From assembly GCF_032062105.1 (NCBI RefSeq), contig NW_026930315.1, forward strand, positions 310,001 through 374,000: a stretch of 64,000 nucleotides of DNA, read 5' to 3'. The notes beneath the pieces were generated by a model, which saw nothing but the letters and a program-made list of their open reading frames with translations, made no database searches and was not told the DNA's origin. Source of the stretch: Saccostrea cucullata. Its lineage: Eukaryota. This document shows positions 50,140 to 62,961 of this stretch, piece by piece. The first letter of the stretch is position 1; each line of letters begins with the position of its first letter. The position numbers and the translations under genes are program-made.

Positions 50140-51293
50140 CAATCTCTCACCAGAGGGCGCGCTCCGCTTACACCTCTGTTGTCGTCTAAAAAGTAGTGCG
50201 GATTGTCAAATAATTAAATGTCAAAAAAATTGTATAAACATTGACTGTTTTGTATGTTTTGCCAATAATGTTATGTGTTTTAAGCTCTATGGTAGAAAAT
50301 ATTTTCTAACTTTGTCTCCTTGATTTCAAAATGAAAATGTGTGTAAAAATTCTAAACAAAATAGTGCCGTATATATTGAAGCTATTTTAATATATATCCA
50401 GAATTAATAAGAACAAAAGAAGTGCTAAAGATTGATATGTCTAGATTCAGTTTAAATAATTAACAAGTTGGTGTGAATCTATAATTTATTTTTGTTTTAC
50501 AAGATTCTTGTAAATTAGACGATAACAGAGGTGTTGGAGCGATGAGCGTAAAACGGCTGCATTTCATTTCCGGAATTTTGAGGAATTATCAACTTTTCAT
50601 TTCCGACATTTTTTTAATTTTCATTTCCGACATTAATTTGTTTTCATTTCCGACATTTTTTAGAAAGCACCTTTAGTAACAGATTTTTAAGACTTAACCT
50701 ATGAAAAATCTAAAGGAATATCATTAAAAAAATTTCTGAGATTTATCAATTTATCAATGAAACGACAGTGAAAATGGAAAATGCAGGCAACTACCTAAAT
50801 TAAAATTTGATTGATTGACTCAACGTTTACTCTGCGCAGATGTAAAGCAGAAATAAATAAAATTCTGTGTAGAGCAGTATGATACATGCGTAATCAACCG
50901 AAGTAAAAACTCGATTAGAGTATATCTCAAGTGTCTTGGACATAAGTTGGGTGCTGTCACTGATATTTATTTTAGTGCACATTAAATGAGGTGAAAAAGT
51001 TGTATGATCATTGAACTTTTTTACCTAGACTAAGTGCTCCATGTATGCATATATGTATAATAATATAGTTTTAATCAATATTTTGCAATAAATATTTTAA
51101 AATTTCATTTTCACTGACTACATATTAAGTAAAACATTAAATTGCTGCACAGGTAAATTCCGGAAATGAAAACAAAATTATGTCGGAAATGAAATAAAAA
51201 AATGTCGGAAATGAAATAAAAAAATGTCGGAAATGCTATGCAGATTTCCGGAAATGAAATGCAGCGCGTAAAACGCCCTCTGGTGAGAGATTG
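50140..51293. mobile_element. TIR DNA transposon (MULE- or hAT-like)
   Basis: 20-bp TIR CAATCTCTCACCAGAGGGCG; TSD CACAAGAAAG (10 bp, or 8 bp if the TIR extends by one base). Confidence 0.88.
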
Positions 51294-52084
51294 CACAAGA
51301 AAGATCCTTTGAACAGTTCATGCAGGTGATTTTTCAATTTTTTTTAAGATTCAACTTTCATTAGGCCTATATATAAAAATACATACATCATAGGCGCTTG
51401 GTTTCAGGATGATGTATTTTGTGTATTATGTGTTTTTAGCTCACCTGAGCCGAATGTCAGACTGCTCGGCCCAACGATACCTCGGCTCCGACGGCTCGGC
51501 CCAAATTTGCAGACACCTCGGCTTTTTTTGGGGGGGGGTGTTTTTTTTTTGGTTTGTTTTTTGTTTTGTTTTTTTATACCAGTAATAGAAAAAAAATATA
51601 CTCATTGATATATGAGAAAGCAATATGTATCCATTATAATGAAATTATTAGAATCAAGGTCTATGAAATAAAAAAGTCTGATAAAAAATAATAAAAATGT
51701 GCATGTTGCATATGTGAATCCTTGTACAGTTGGCATTGTAACATTATTGTGAGAATATTATTCACACCTCAGCTAGCTCTGTTTTGTACTGGGATAGACA
51801 GGCACCGCTGTGTGTGTACATGCAGCACTACATGTATATACACAGCTGTTGACATTTGGTCAACTTGATAATGAACATCTTTTGTTTAAACACCTGTGTT
51901 CCCAGCTAGTCTGACCAACACCCCTCTGGCAGGGCATGTGTATATACATTGAACCTTTACTATTCTCAATTGTACAGTTATGCTTTACAGAATTTCATTT
52001 TAAGGACATTAGCACACACATAAGGAAAATATGAAGGAGATGGGTGAACTTAGCGTGCAGAAAGCCCATTAGCTTCATATATAT

Positions 52085-52583
52085 AAAAATCAATGAAACA
52101 TCTTCTCACAAGGATTATGAAGTATGAAAGCCACAGCTCTTTTTCTTTGCAAAAGTTATGGCCAAGAATAATTTTTTTCATAAGTACAGAAATTTCCAAG
52201 GTCGAGGTCGAAAGGTCAAAATTGTAGGTATCAAATGAAAGGTCTTATAACAAAAAATACATGTGACAAGTATAAATGTTCTGGTGTCTACTGTTCAAAA
52301 GATATGGCCAAAGTAAAAGTTTGGAATTTTTTGGTGCAAAAGTGGGTCAACCTTAAAGGTCAAGGCCAAATTTGGTGGTACCCAAAGAAAGATCTTGTCA
52401 CAAGGAATATACAGTAACATGTGAAATATGAATGTCATAGCTCATAAATCAAAAGTTACAGGCAAGGTGAAAGTGTTTATGAACAAATAGACAGTGATAC
52501 AAACAGACAGAGAGACAGCTCGACAGAATGAAGGACACGACAGATACTATAATCCCCCGAAACTTCGTTTACGGGGGCATAAA
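52085..52583. mobile_element. AAGGTCA-rich Helentron-like repeat upstream of gene C
   Basis: Homologous to 9640-9972 plus 12976-13062. Confidence 0.65.
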
Positions 52584-52619
52584 AATTTTGGCAAGTATTT
52601 TACATCGTTACACTACATG

Positions 52620-52714
52620 CTATTTCGATTCATTAGATCTAGTACTTTCAGTGCTTTGATCTTAGCTATAATATCGGGATCGGCATTTCGGTTTGTGTAC
52701 ACCACACGAAGGAG
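52620..52714 (+). promoter_or_regulatory. Putative core promoter and exon 1 of ZF gene C
   Basis: AGTACTTTCAGTGCTTTGAT..AATATCGGGATCGGCATTTCGGTTTGTGTACAC is shared with genes A and B; possible donor GAG|GTACCT. Confidence 0.5.
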
Positions 52715-53066
52715 GTACCTCTGTCCATTTGGCATCAATTGAACGGTAATTCGGGTAAACAAAGATAAACAAAAGTTGGGTTGCATTTTTGATGGCTCAA
52801 AGTACATGTATTTTTAAAAAAATATATGTACTTTTTGCAATCAAAAATGCAACCCAATTCATAGAAAAGTATAACATTGCAGCTGTTGACTTGAATACTT
52901 TTCAGCAAAAGATGAATTTCCATTGTTTGAGTAACCGTGAACTATTTTGTGTGCAGTGAGGCGTGGATAAGTATGACTGCTTCTCATTGTGTTGGACTGT
53001 TACTAGTTAGAATAATCTAACTGTGTCTCGGTACAGGCCCTCACCACAACCGGGTCCGTAGGACAA

Positions 53067-53098
<32 letters not shown>

Positions 53099-53110
53099 CT
53101 GTTACATGTA

Positions 53111-53597
53111 CAGTGGCATGCCAAAAGTGAAGATAATTTTATTTTTTCTCTATATATTTCATTAAAAACAACATTTTGTTAAATCATAGGTAAATGGTCA
53201 ATTTTTGTCCAATTTAATTATTTATTTCAGTACTTAAACCAGAAAATGTGTAGTTATCTTTCTTCAAAAGATCATTACACGTTTAATTTATAGTAAAATA
53301 TAGTTCATCACTAAACATCAGTTCTAAAATTCAAGATCAATGTTGACTATATAATTCATTGTGAGAATATGACTTAAAAAATCATGTCACACTTAAATTA
53401 CAATATTTTTAAATTATCAATGCTTCTCAGATAAAAACTATTGTTTTTTTTTAACTACAACAATTTCTTAGATTATCAAGAAATTTTTGGTAAAATCTGT
53501 CAAGAAATGTTGTCATACCAGCGATTTTACAAAATATTGTTTTCAATGAAATATATAAAGAAAAAATAAAATCATCTTCACTTTTGGCACACAACTG
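53111..53597. mobile_element. Tc1/mariner-type MITE
   Basis: TA-CAGT..TGCCAAAAGTGAAGAT and ATCTTCACTTTTGGCA..ACTG-TA. Confidence 0.8.
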
Positions 53598-54055
53598 TAC
53601 CAATCAATTATCCTGTTGGTTATAACTGACCTCCTTTTTAATTTCATTCAAGAAAATGAAATAACTGTGTCGTTACTCATCATGATCAATAGCCCCAAAA
53701 TAAAATTTGAGTACAAAGTCTCCTAAGGAGACACGATGTGGCGAGTGAGTTTTACATGCAATGTATTCATATATTCTTGTATGCAAAGTCAAGATTTCAA
53801 AGTTGAATATTTCCACTGCACCAAGGTGCGACTTTTTGCACATGCTGAAAAAATATAGCATTTGAGGAAAAAGTGTGAAAAAATAGCTTAATCATGCCAT
53901 TCGGAATAGCTTTATTAAGCTATATACAGGTGTCTCATTATATCGTGGTATTTAAATCTTTTGTGTAAAAAAGCGTAATTAGATTTTTAAAATTTATCTT
54001 TCATCAAATGATATTAATAAAGCAAACTATGGCCTGACTTTTTAGTATCAAACTA

Positions 54056-54977
54056 TAGAGCTGAAACGAATACCATAAATCAACATTCGAATATTCGTGA
54101 CTGTTATTCGATTCGTATTGGAACATTCGGTAATTAAATAAAAGAGTTATTATGCCTTTTCATATACCTGCAAATCCTATTGTTTATTTCTTTATATCAG
54201 TGTATAAGATAGGTGTAAGGAATAAACGTCTGCTCCAAGCCGTTTGACATGTAAATATGCATTAGGACTCGCATTGATTTTCAAGAAAAAAATAAAAAAA
54301 GAATCTTTATCAACAATTATAAGCCTTTTTTCTTCTTTAAATTAGGCTTCTTTAAATTAGGCGACTGTATTGCATTCCAATTACGACACCCGATCAGCAA
54401 ACCAGCAGGTCTCGCCATGTTTTTCTGTTATAAAAATAAAAAAAAAATTTGTTTCCGGAAGCGTCCTGTGAATTTTTTAATCAATATTTAGATTATAAAA
54501 AAATATATCGGTAATATAATGTATATTTTTCATATATGATTTCTGCAATTATTTATAAATTATAAATCTGAGCAATCGATTCCTTTTGTTGATCCGGAAT
54601 ATTTCTCTCCGCACAACATAAATTTGTTATTACTTTCGAAAATCATGGCAGTCAATGTCACCCATATCTAAATTAATTCAGAAACACATGAGGTTGCTGA
54701 ATATTTGGCATGAAGATGATTAAATAAATCTGACATCGTGTCTTTATCAGGCCTATAGTACCACGTGGGCAAAGTTTACAACCTGTCTTATACACGTTCT
54801 TGCTTTAGTTTGCTTCTTTTTCCACAGAGATAAAAAAAAGTGGATAGGCCTACACCATTTATTGCTTGAAATACGTTGTATTAAATATGTGACCGAATAT
54901 TCGAATACAAATTTTCCATTCGAATATTCGTGAAAAACTATTCGTTCACGAATGTTCGAACATTCGTTTCAGCTCTA
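54056..54977. mobile_element. hAT-type MITE
   Basis: TIR TAGAGCTGAAACGAAT and ATTCGTTTCAGCTCTA; 8-bp TSD TCAAACTA. Confidence 0.9.
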
Positions 54978-55308
54978 TCAAACTATTTCCCAAGCTTGCA
55001 TCGTCTAAGTTGTGGTCTATTTTCAAAACAGGAAGTCTCATTTACCTCCTGAATTGGAGAGTCTCATAGTATCGCGGTATGGGAATTCAGAGAAACAATT
55101 TAATTTCTGAGTTAGAACTATAACAGAATGAATTAAAAATTGTGAAAAACAGATTGCAAGTGTGAAAGGGCAAAAGAAAATTTGGCGAAAAGAAACCCGC
55201 ATACAGTGATGTGTTTTTGGTTCATGAAAATGTTGAATGTAATCATAATAATTTATGTAGACTTAATGATATATTTATTCTGTTACAGGTTAGGACAACA
55301 ATTAGGTC

Positions 55309-55378
55309 ATGATGTCAGAGGTCAGAAGCTGGCATGTACCTTGTCATGAATATCCACTATCTGATGAAGAAAAAACAG
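55309..55378 (+). CDS. Gene C coding exon 2 (exon 55289-55378): MMSEVRSWHVPCHEYPLSDEEKT
   Basis: ttacag acceptor and CAG|GTATGT donor; phase 1. Confidence 0.82.
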
Positions 55379-55419
55379 GTATGTATTGATCGTATGTTGT
55401 TTTACTTTTCGTCCCATTC

Positions 55420-55573
55420 GTCGAAATTGTTTACTTCCTCGAATAAAAGAGTTCCTATAGCCTGTTTTTACCCTATATGATTCTGAACCAAGTCTTTTGT
55501 GGCTATTGAAAATCACATAGGGTAAAAACAGACTATAGGAACTCTTTTATTAGAGGAGGTAAACAATTTCGTC
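55420..55573. repeat. ~150-bp imperfect palindrome
   Basis: CGAAATTGTTTAC.TCCTC.AATAAAAGAGTTCCTATAG..TTTTTACCCTAT and its reverse complement. Confidence 0.85.
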
Positions 55574-56299
55574 ACTGGAGCCATATTTTGAACGCAGATT
55601 TCAATGAATATTTTTATGTTGGGATTTACATGCCTGAACAGTAAGCTATGTAGAAATAATAGTGACAGAGAGTCAAATAAACACTTAAATGACTTGATTG
55701 AAGCATACAGCAGTGTGGTCTAGGTGAATAATTCTTGCTATAGGCGACTAAAGTTGGGACTTAATTTCCAGATGTGAATTATTAATGGTCGTCCAGGGAT
55801 TCTGTGACAGCGTCAGTCCAAATATCTAGCCTAGCAGAATCTCTACAGGGAATAGGGGCTCAAACAATTGTTTATTTTTCAGAAGAATAATACTCCCTAC
55901 CCCACGATTGCCAGTATAAAAAGTTAAAGTTGGTTATATAATGAAGGAAAATCAGCATGTTGACCTCCAATATGGTGGCTAGTGGGAAATAACTCTTGTA
56001 AATTTTGGTCTACTGAAAACTATCTATACAGCTGATACAAATTCTCAAGCAGGACCTTAAACAACTCACAATTGATCAATCATGTTAAAAATAGAATATG
56101 CTCTATAGAGACTTTTGATTTGAAATGCAAAATAAGGTGCACGATGATGTGTGATGCACAGTTAAAAGCTTCGAAAAGTATTGCAGTTTGGACATTTAAT
56201 CAATTATATGTTATGGAAAATTGAATGTCAATTTCATTGATATTGTATAAAGGCTGAAAATTTATGATAAATTGAGTCTCTTTTCTTGTTCAATTGTAG

Positions 56300-56367
56300 A
56301 AAAGGAAGAGACAGTGGGGAATTCTCACCCTGAAAATGAGAAAGAAGAAAATCAGGAAAATATAAAG
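56300..56367 (+). CDS. Gene C exon 3: (E)KEETVGNSHPENEKEENQENIK
   Basis: ttgtag acceptor and AAG|GTAAAA donor; 68 nt, phase 1 to phase 0. Confidence 0.85.
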
Positions 56368-57420
56368 GTAAAAATTGTTTTTTGTTAAAAATTTTTGAAA
56401 CACATCCTGTAGAAGCATATTCTTCTGTTGGGATGGAATTTGATTTGTTATCTAAAATAGTTTCATAGGCATTTAATTTTGAGGTTTTGAAAATAACACT
56501 ATGATTCAAAATCATGTGTTTCTTTTAAGTCATCTGTAGCATACAGAAAAATACATAAAGAAACTGTAAATGTAGCAAAGATATGACAATTAAACTGCAC
56601 AGTAAAGCAAGAAAAGACTGCACAATATAAGTGCCAGAAAAACAAAGGTTGTATTCATAAGTTTCTTGTATGTCAAGGTCTTGCCCCCCTTTTTTTTTAG
56701 CTCAAACTTGTAAACAAAATTCAACTGGAGCAAGGTGAGAGATATGCTTTAACAACTTTTTAAAATGATTACATCCGAATTTTTGGTCTATTTTTAGTAA
56801 TTCCTAATTTACTAGGTACTTGTGACCATGGTAACCATGGTAACTTATTCAACTTTTCTGCACATACATACAATAGGGAAGAAGAAGTATATAGGAATAT
56901 ATTTTTTATGGGGCAGACTAAAATTATTTTTACTTTTATTTTTCTCCATAAAAATAAGTTTTTAGGTATTGAACAACGTTTACTTGGGTCATGAAAAACT
57001 ACATTTGTCAATTTTCCCCTTTGTGCATCATGGTGTCTCTTTAAATCTGTTTAAAATTGTGAACAATAAAACTAACAAAATTTACCCCCCCCCCCCCTCC
57101 CCAGAAATATTTCTGCTTTTACAGTATTAACCTTTAGCCCATAGGGTTAGTATTAAGCTCAATTGAGCTGAGTTGTGAAGTTAGTTTATCAGATCACATT
57201 TTTTTCTGTCTTCTCTCTGTCTGTCTAGTTGAAAATCCTTTGACTTCTTCCCCAGAATCCCATATGCAATCTGAACAAAAGTTACCACAAAGCATCCTTT
57301 AGTAAAGGGAATGAAACATTGTGTAAATAAATGGAGAAAGGGCCATATCCCTCTTTCAATAGGAGTTAATAATGGGATTAGCGAAAATTAAAATATGTCT
57401 GCAACTTTTTGAAATATTAT

Positions 57421-57631
57421 TACTGTATACAGGGTTATTTTCGCCCCGTGTTATTTTCGCCCTTTTGTGCATGCGGACAATTAAGCCCCGTTTTAAACTC
57501 GCTCAGTCATAGTTCTGTTTAAGAAATTATGCTGTATAATTTGAGTTCGCCCCGTTTTAAATTCGCCCAATCAAGAAGAGGATGAAAGGGGCGAAAATAA
57601 AACGGGGGCGAAAATTTCCCTGTATACAGTA
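57421..57631. mobile_element. TA-flanked MITE
   Basis: Perfect TACTGTATACAGGG and CCCTGTATACAGTA termini. Confidence 0.85.
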
Positions 57632-59826
57632 TCAAGAACCACAAGGTCCAAAAACTTATGTGAAACCTTAATATTTACATTAACATTTACATTAAATGTT
57701 TTCCTTTATATAACACTACTGAAAGGAATCTCTATAACTGAATCAATACAAGTACGGGGTCAAGAGGTCAAAGATGTGCGTTGGATAATCGTTTGACGTA
57801 ATTTTCAGTGACATCATAAAGGGTCGACTTGTTCATTGGATTACATACTTGCCGTTGAGTTTGAAAAATAATGTATTTCAAACTCTTAAAGTCACAATCA
57901 GACAAATATAAAGCCCGAATAAGTCACAAATGTAAATATAAGTTATGAGATATCATTTTATAACATGTATTAGGATTTAAATACGTGTTGGTCACAAGAT
58001 TAAATTCCATAAAGCCCGAAGGGCTTTTTGATGAATTTAAATCCGTTCCAACCCGTATTTATAGCCGACAGATGTTTAAAATGATAAAGGACGACATTAT
58101 TTCTTAAATATCATAAAGTCATGTTTGTTGATATGACCCCTAGGGGTAGAGTAGGGTCAAATTGTTGGATGAAAAATTTACTGATGAATAACCTGTAAAA
58201 CATCTCATGAGAAGCAAAACCATGATTAGTCATATTGATATATGGAAGTATCATCAGGTTGAATTTGTTGTTATCATGACACCTGTAAGCTACGAAATAA
58301 CCAAATAATCCCTTCTCACTCAATCTCAGCAAACTGGAAAGGATTATACATTTTGCTCATCATTTTTGATGATGGATACCAATGGGTAGGTTGGAGTCAC
58401 AGCAGGAATCAAAGCTTTACACACAGGCTAAAAATACAAAAAAATTGCTAATGAAAAACAATTACCATATTGGTCCATGGACCCATTGTTGGAAGTCTAC
58501 TTATACCATTTAAGGTCCAAGTCAAAAGTCAAGGTAGTTACAATACTTAATCATTTATCGCTTAATCTGTCTTATGTAAGCATGCATGGTATTCAATTTG
58601 TCAGCATGGCTAGGTGTGTTATAGGATGGGCAACATCAACATTAATACAATGCTTAACTCCCTTCCCCGCAGTCATGCGTTTTAACGTATCCACCATTTC
58701 CTATTTCTAATGCAAAATCACGCATATACCGTTTCCCCGCAATCACGCATTTTCACCCACTTTAAAAAGTTCATTTAATCTTTAATAAAATGCCAATTTC
58801 CTTTTATTTGACACTTGTAAAAATCTCATAAAATAGGAAAAGTTATTTTTGTATTAAGATATAATGTCATAATATTATTTACGCTAAATTTGAAGAAACG
58901 TGTACCACACTATAAGGTGCTTGCGGGGAAATGGTAAATTTCTATTTCTATGACGTGAACATTAAGTGTATGTTGCAAAACAGATCAGAAAGTTGTAAAG
59001 AGTTAAGTAGCATCTGTAGAAAAAAAGCATTTCTAAACCACTTCAATCTAATTGACCATCTTAGGTCGCACATGCTCCTCAGAGTTGATTATTTTGGATT
59101 GTGGAATGCTCACAACATTTGTACAACGGAGTGCAGAAACAATGTTTTACCATTGTAAAACTATTGTTTGAAAATATGAGCAGGAAATTAGTAAATAATG
59201 ATTTACATATAATATTTTGTTTGTAAAATGCTTGGAAACATGCATCATGGGAGAGTCCACCTTATGCAATTCAACTCATTTAGCCGATTGGTCAGTTTTT
59301 CAGTTACGGTGATGTCTCACTTAGCATATGTAAATTAAATCTGTATGAAAAGAATATAGTTTCTAGGACCTGTGAGATGTAGTTACAATAAATCTGCAAT
59401 CTAAAATAACATACTTTCCTTTATTTAATTCTAATTAATTAACTACATGTACCTCATAAATGTTCATCTTATTTGAGAGTGAAGGGTGTTTAAACAGCTC
59501 AGTTAAAAGAATCTGAGTGAGATTTGTCGAGACTGAAAAAAATTGATGTGACATATACGCTGAATCTTAGATCAGTGCCTTATAAAGTGATTCAGGGAAT
59601 CGTGTCCAAACTTCTACGTTGTAAAGGAACAGTTGCAACCCTTTTGATCGATTTTGGACAGTTCCGTTTGAACCCATGACCTTTGGATCATGGAGCAAGT
59701 GCTCTACTGACTGTTAATATGCTGGATATATTGACAGATGTCTAGAAATGTATGTGTTTTGTCCCTAATTTCATCAGTAAATGACACGGTATTGCACTAT
59801 AACTGATTTGTTTGTTACACTTTCAG

Positions 59827-60651
59827 AGAAAAAAGGCAGCTTTTCCATCAAGATCGTATTCTCCAAGTGTGTCACAAACTCAAAGCAATGCTGAGAAGTT
59901 AAACCACTATAGTGCAAATGATAATCAAACTGAGATATTAGAAAGACACATCAGTATTCGTAGAAGTAAAAAGTCCATTAACTGTAACCACTGTGGCAAA
60001 ATTTTCAGTTTTTCATGTCAATTACAGAGACACATGAGGGTACATACTGGAGATAAACCTTTCAAATGTGATGTGTGTCTGAAGGCATTCAGTCAGTTTT
60101 GTACCTTACAGATGCACATGAGGACACATACAGGTGATAAACCTTACAAATGTGATGTGTGTGAGAAAGCATTCAACCAGGCATGCCACCTAGAGGCTCA
60201 TATGAGGATACATACAGGGGATAAACCTTTTAATTGTAACGTATGCAGACAGGCATTTGCTCTTTCGGGACATTTAAAGTATCATATGAGGACTCACACA
60301 GGTGATAAACCTTATACATGTGAGGTGTGTGGGAAGGCATTCCGCGACACAGGCACCTTAAATACACACAAGAGGACACATACAGGTGAAAAGCCATATA
60401 AATGTGATGTGTGTGGAAGACATTTCCCTCTACTGTCTAACTTTAAGAGACACATCAATAAACATACTGGTGAAAAGCCATATAAATGTGAATTGTGTAA
60501 AAAAGCATTTAGTGAAAAATCGAACTTGAAAAATCACATGAAGTTGCACACAAGTGATAAACCTTATAAGTGTGAAGATTGTGGAAAGGGATTCCTAGAA
60601 TTAAGGTGCTTACAGAAACACAGGAAGATACACACACGTGTTAAACCTTAA
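59827..60651 (+). CDS. Gene C zinc-finger exon a (8 C2H2 fingers)
   Basis: tttcag acceptor, phase 0, in frame with ORF 59812..60651. Confidence 0.9.
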   Translation, partial: RKKAAFPSRSYSPSVSQTQSNAEKLNHYSANDNQTEILERHISIRRSKKSINCNHCGKIFSFSCQLQRHMRVHTGDKPFKCDVCLKAFSQFCTLQMHMRTHTGDKPYKCDVCEKAFNQACHLEAHMRIHTGDKPFNCNVCRQAFALSGHLKYHMRTHTGDKPYTCEVCGKAFRDTGTLNTHKRTHTGEKPYKCDVCGRHFPLLSNFKRHINKHTGEKPYKCELCKKAFSEKSNLKNHMKLHTSDKPYKCEDCGKGFLELRCLQKHRKIHTRVKP

Positions 60652-62961
60652 GAGTGAAATTTATGGGGAGTTTCATTCAATTCCATACTTTCCGGAGTCA
60701 CATAATTATGAATGAGATGTGCATGGAAAAACATCTTTTGTGCACATAGGGACTTAAAATTAGCAGTTGGTGGAAACAAAGATTTTAAATAAGTTATCAG
60801 GAAATTGATAATCATGCTATAAGCATGAAAAGCAAATTGAAATGTATAGATTTGAATATAAGGATGAAGATTATCAGACGTTGTGACTTTTCCTTCACCT
60901 ATAGTGATTATCTTTGATTGGAATATTTGAATAATTAAAGATACAATGCAATCATTTTAATTTTCTTGTTTATAATTAATTAGCAGGAATTGGGGTAAAG
61001 TGATGATGCATAAAAAGGAATCATGAAAAATTAAAAAATTTAGCATGACTTGTGTTAATTTTTTCAATTTTTAAAAGAATTTGATTTCAAAAAAAAAAAA
61101 TTATGGAGAAAAATATGAATGGACCAAAAAATTTGATTTGATCTTTTTCAAAAGTTGTTAGAACATATTTTCACTTTTGCATGCTCGAGTTGAATTTTGT
61201 TTACATATATTAGCTTAAAAAAGTGACGTGACCTTGATATACTTGACACAACGAAAAGGTAGATACAACCTTTGTTTTTTCCGCACTTATATTGTGCAGT
61301 CTTTTCTTGCAGTTTGATTGTCACATATTAGCTATATACTTATAATTCTACTCCATACAACAAGTTGCGTGAGGTATAATGTTTTTACCCGTCTGTCAGA
61401 GTGTGAGCTTGTCAGTCTGTCAGTTCTGTTATTTATTTTTTTTTGTCAGCGCAACCACTCATAAACCACTGTACAGAATTTCGTTAAACTGTGGCAGATA
61501 CTTTGGCAGATATTTAAGACACAATGTGTAGATGTGCATATTGCCAGGAAATTCTGATTTCTTCATTTTTCCCGTCAATTTCCGCAATTTGTAACTTAGG
61601 GTTTTGACCATACCTTGTATATAGAGATAAACAGAACAACACAACTCTTTAAGCATGTTAAAAGTATTTCAAAGAGGACCATTCGATAATGTACGTAATA
61701 TACCAAGTAGTTACATGTTAACTGGTATGGCAAAGATTCGGAGGAAGACGAGAATGCACAACTTACGTTTTTTGTTAAACGATATTGCAAAAGGTACACC
61801 CCTAAGGTATTTCTATGCTCAATTAAGTTTATGTTAACATTGCTTAAAACAAGATAGAGAAATATGAGTGTTTACTTAAAAAGATTTTTTAAAATGTTAT
61901 TTTGTACGAATTATTTTAACAATCAAACCCAAGCCTTCATTTAAGTGAATTGATACAAATTGACAAAAGGCTTCATTAAGGGTGTACGGTTCAATTGAGT
62001 TTGATATAAAATACTGGTATTTTACAACACTTTTTTGTCAATTAATGATTCGAAAAATAAAAAAAACCAGTTATGCCAGCATGTACAATTTCAGCTGTTC
62101 TGAAAAAAATAAATTTTTATAGAAAAACAATAGAAAAACATGATTGATTATGCTTTTACTTCTGAAATACCACCAAAAATGTACTGAAATTACACCCTTG
62201 CAGTGAAAATACATTCAAGATTGTTCAAATCATGATCCACAATGAGGTCACAATGCTGAGCAGTTTTACATAAAAAATATTGTAAATATCTTTTATTATA
62301 TTCTTAAGAACAGCAAAATCATGATTGGTCATAGGCAGTGAGTGCAGACTTAACTTTGTTCAAATCATGACCATGGTTTGATAGGTTGGAGCCATAATGC
62401 ATGAGCAAAGTTTTACTTAGGAATATATTGGTCATATTTTAGTTGGACAGCTTGGGGTGAGGAGCCACAATGCAAGTTCAAATGTAAATAGCAATAAAAA
62501 CACAACTAGTCAAAGATGGATATGGAGATAACGAACAGTATTCAATCAAAGTCCATTAAACAATACAAAATAGGAGCAGAGCGAACACGGACCTCCGAAA
62601 TCTCAGAGGTTGGATCAGGTGCCATGGATGTGTGAACATCCTCTGTTGACTGTTCACACCCACCATATGCTCCTTGTCATGAAAGAAATATGGAAGCATG
62701 TTGATTTGAGTTTGTTCAAATCATACCCTCTCCCCTTTATTGAATGGTTGGGACCACATTTGTATTTAAACTTACCAAAAATCAAATGCTTTTAGCTTTT
62801 TTCACAGCCAAAGTGGTAAGTTGATCGATGTGATATTTGGGCCTCTTGTTTATGTATTATAGAACTTCAAAAAGGTTAAATGTTTTATCATGTTTTTCCG
62901 TAATTTTATGAGTAAGTAACTAAATATAAAATTACAACTGATTTTTTTTAATCATTTACAG

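Noticed and set aside
55309-55378. CtBP-binding PxDLS motif or KRAB domain in exon 2
   Set aside because: YPLSDEE does not match PxDLS, and no KRAB signature (VTFEDVAV..EEW) is present.
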